A DNA stretch of 63,834 nucleotides, the filler included, from Ministeria vibrans ATCC 50519 (lineage: Eukaryota > Protista > Filasterea), in the NCBI GenBank assembly GCA_943704425.1. It is 6 parts of 6 records of this genome, joined end to end, with 100 filler letters (N's around TTAATTAATTAA, not from the genome) between each part and the next. Parts side by side here need not be neighbours in the genome. Positions count along the whole stretch, not along the records: positions 56,366 to 62,708 come from CALSCP010001698.1; positions 62,809 to 63,834 come from CALSCP010001490.1; 4 more parts are not named here. One strand, written 5' to 3'. Numbering within the stretch: position 1 is the first letter of the stretch; every line of letters starts with the position of its first letter. Of the stretch, positions 62,243-63,834 are shown piece by piece. Position numbers and translations under genes: made by a program. The notes under the pieces are model-generated. The model saw nothing but the letters and a program-made list of their open reading frames with translations, did no database searches and was not told where the DNA came from.

Positions 62243-62360
62243 AATAATACTACTACTAATAATACTACTACTAATAATAATACTACTAATAATAATACTA
62301 ATACTAATAATACTAATGATAATACAACTAGTAATAATAATAATAACAATAATAATAATA
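62104..62360. repeat. Imperfect (AAT/ACT/AAC)n microsatellite
   Basis: Visible trinucleotide tract. Confidence 0.9.
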
Positions 62361-62368
62361 GGTTCACT

Positions 62369-62605
62369 TCATTCAAAAAAGTACTTCTGCTCCTCCTGCT
62401 CACGCAGAGCTGCCTCGTCCACCACCTCAACCGGTCGAACTATGGCAGGCGGTTGTGATCGGAACATCAGTGGCTTACCCGTGTGAGTCTTTCGTGGTGG
62501 CTCTCGAGCACGCTCCACTGCTCTGCGCACTCGCTCCTCCTGAGCCTGCTTCTCCTCCGCCGCCTTTTCCTCTCGCCTTACGCGTCGTCGCTCCTTCTCC
62601 TTGCC
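62369..62605 (-). CDS. Last exon of a CFAP100/CCDC37 or CCDC38-family motile-cilium protein
   Basis: KEKERRRVRREEK...QEERVRRAVERA...GKPLMFRSQPP...EEQKYFFE* matches the characteristic family C-terminus; acceptor TTTAG; not in the ORF track because it lacks a start codon. Confidence 0.75.
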   Translation of the reverse strand, partial: GKEKERRRVRREEKAAEEKQAQEERVRRAVERAREPPRKTHTGKPLMFRSQPPAIVRPVEVVDEAALREQEEQKYFFE

Positions 62606-62616
62606 CTAAACATTTG

Positions 62617-62708
<92 letters not shown>

Positions 62709-62808
62709 NNNNNNNNNNNNNNNNNNNNNNNNNNNNNNNNNNNNNNNNNNNNTTAATTAATTAANNNNNNNNNNNNNNNNNNNNNNNNNNNNNNNNNNNN
62801 NNNNNNNN
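62709..62808. other. Artificial contig spacer
   Basis: 44 N + TTAATTAATTAA + 44 N. Confidence 0.97.
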
Positions 62809-62997
62809 CTGTTGTTCCAGGTCCCTAATCTTATGTTTGTACCGTATTCTTTTTGTTTTTGAGTGAACCTTTTTCTTGTGAGACTGGTAAATCTATTCCA
62901 ACGTTAGTATGATATCTCCTAAGGCGTCATTTCACTTGTCATTGTCATTTTCTCTAACTACAGTCACAAACGAAAAGGTCGTCAGACGTACAATAAT

Positions 62998-63352
62998 TTA
63001 CACAGACACGACAATTGCGCTGGTGTGAATGACACCAATTTGAGCATTTGAACGAAAGCCTCTCGCACACATTTGTGGCGAATCCAGATCAGTCTGGCGG
63101 ATTTGGCGGTGCGAATGGTACGCGGAAAGACCAACGCCGACATAGTACGGCACACCGAGCCCTAAACAACCAAGCACACAGTCAATTGATCTCGTTTCAA
63201 AGACAGGTCTTATGACATTTTACCCGCATTATCCGGTGAGTATGAGACGCGACACCATTGCAACTGCAAAGCCCGACAAATACGTTTTTGTATCGTCTCC
63301 AAACCCTAACGTCACACACACACACACACACACAGACACACACACACACACA

Positions 63353-63427
<75 letters not shown>

Positions 63428-63834
63428 CAGAAAGCACAGGATGTGTGTTGGACACACAATTGCAACTGGAGGGTGTTACGGAGTGCGGTTGAGCGCACAC
63501 CGACTTTGACGTCGTCGCGCTTGTCCTGATGCGCATAGATGGTGTCGTAGAAGAGGGTCCAGGCGAGGGCAGCGGACTGAGCGGCGTAGAGAGGGGCGGC
63601 AATGGGAAGGGAAAGGGCGCCGGTGGCGGCAGCATAGCCCATGTGGGGATGCGCATGTTGAAGGTGAGCGCCAGGACCGCTTGGGGGAAGTCTGTGAGGC
63701 GTTTGGCCAGGGGGTACAGCGTGATGGGGATCATTGAGGCGACGCCAAGGGCAATGGCGGTGGGGTGGAGTTGCACGAGGATCGCAAGGCCCACTGACAG
63801 TTGCGCGGCGAGCCATGCCATGGCAAGGGGAACG
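62998..63834 (-). pseudogene. COQ2: COQ2 4-hydroxybenzoate polyprenyltransferase, 3' part, with two frameshifts (pseudogene, sequence error or recoding)
   Basis: YPLAKRLTDFPQAVLALTFN in one frame; WTLFYDTIYAHQDKRDDVKVGVRSTAL|RFG in another; in-frame TAA at 63229-63231; final exon PYY..H..QI...C..F.SN. Confidence 0.75.

Noticed and set aside
62059-62486. Poly-Leu/Ile/Val and ER/SL/CV repeat ORFs here and in many introns
   Set aside because: These are translations of microsatellites.

Overview
Gene-dense, intron-rich eukaryotic DNA: GC-rich exons and short AT- or microsatellite-rich GT-AG introns. The window is six sequence pieces joined by artificial 100-nt spacers (44 N + TTAATTAATTAA + 44 N), so adjacency across spacers is not evidence of linkage. 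The repertoire includes myosin II, myosin XV, long-form intersectin, a Groucho/TLE N-terminus, a GKAP-domain protein, USP53/54, a Notch-type EGF receptor, and the ciliary genes CC2D2A and CFAP100/CCDC38. This suggests a flagellated unicellular holozoan, possibly a filasterean (inference only). About 20 genes or gene fragments were reconstructed by eye; all family assignments are from remembered motifs, not database searches. Most notable observations: (1) a type-I membrane protein whose calcium-binding EGF repeats alternate strictly between two 7-cysteine variants, with the extra cysteines at the two faces of the inter-domain interface, predicting disulfide-stapled EGF pairs; (2) an FHA-ROGDI fusion; (3) a GKAP/HURP protein carrying a CKAP2-like C-terminal motif and a KEN box; (4) a secreted Asp/Asn-rich repeat protein; (5) a catalytically degenerate Hsp70; (6) a COQ2 copy with two compensating frameshifts; (7) recurring intronic repeat motifs.
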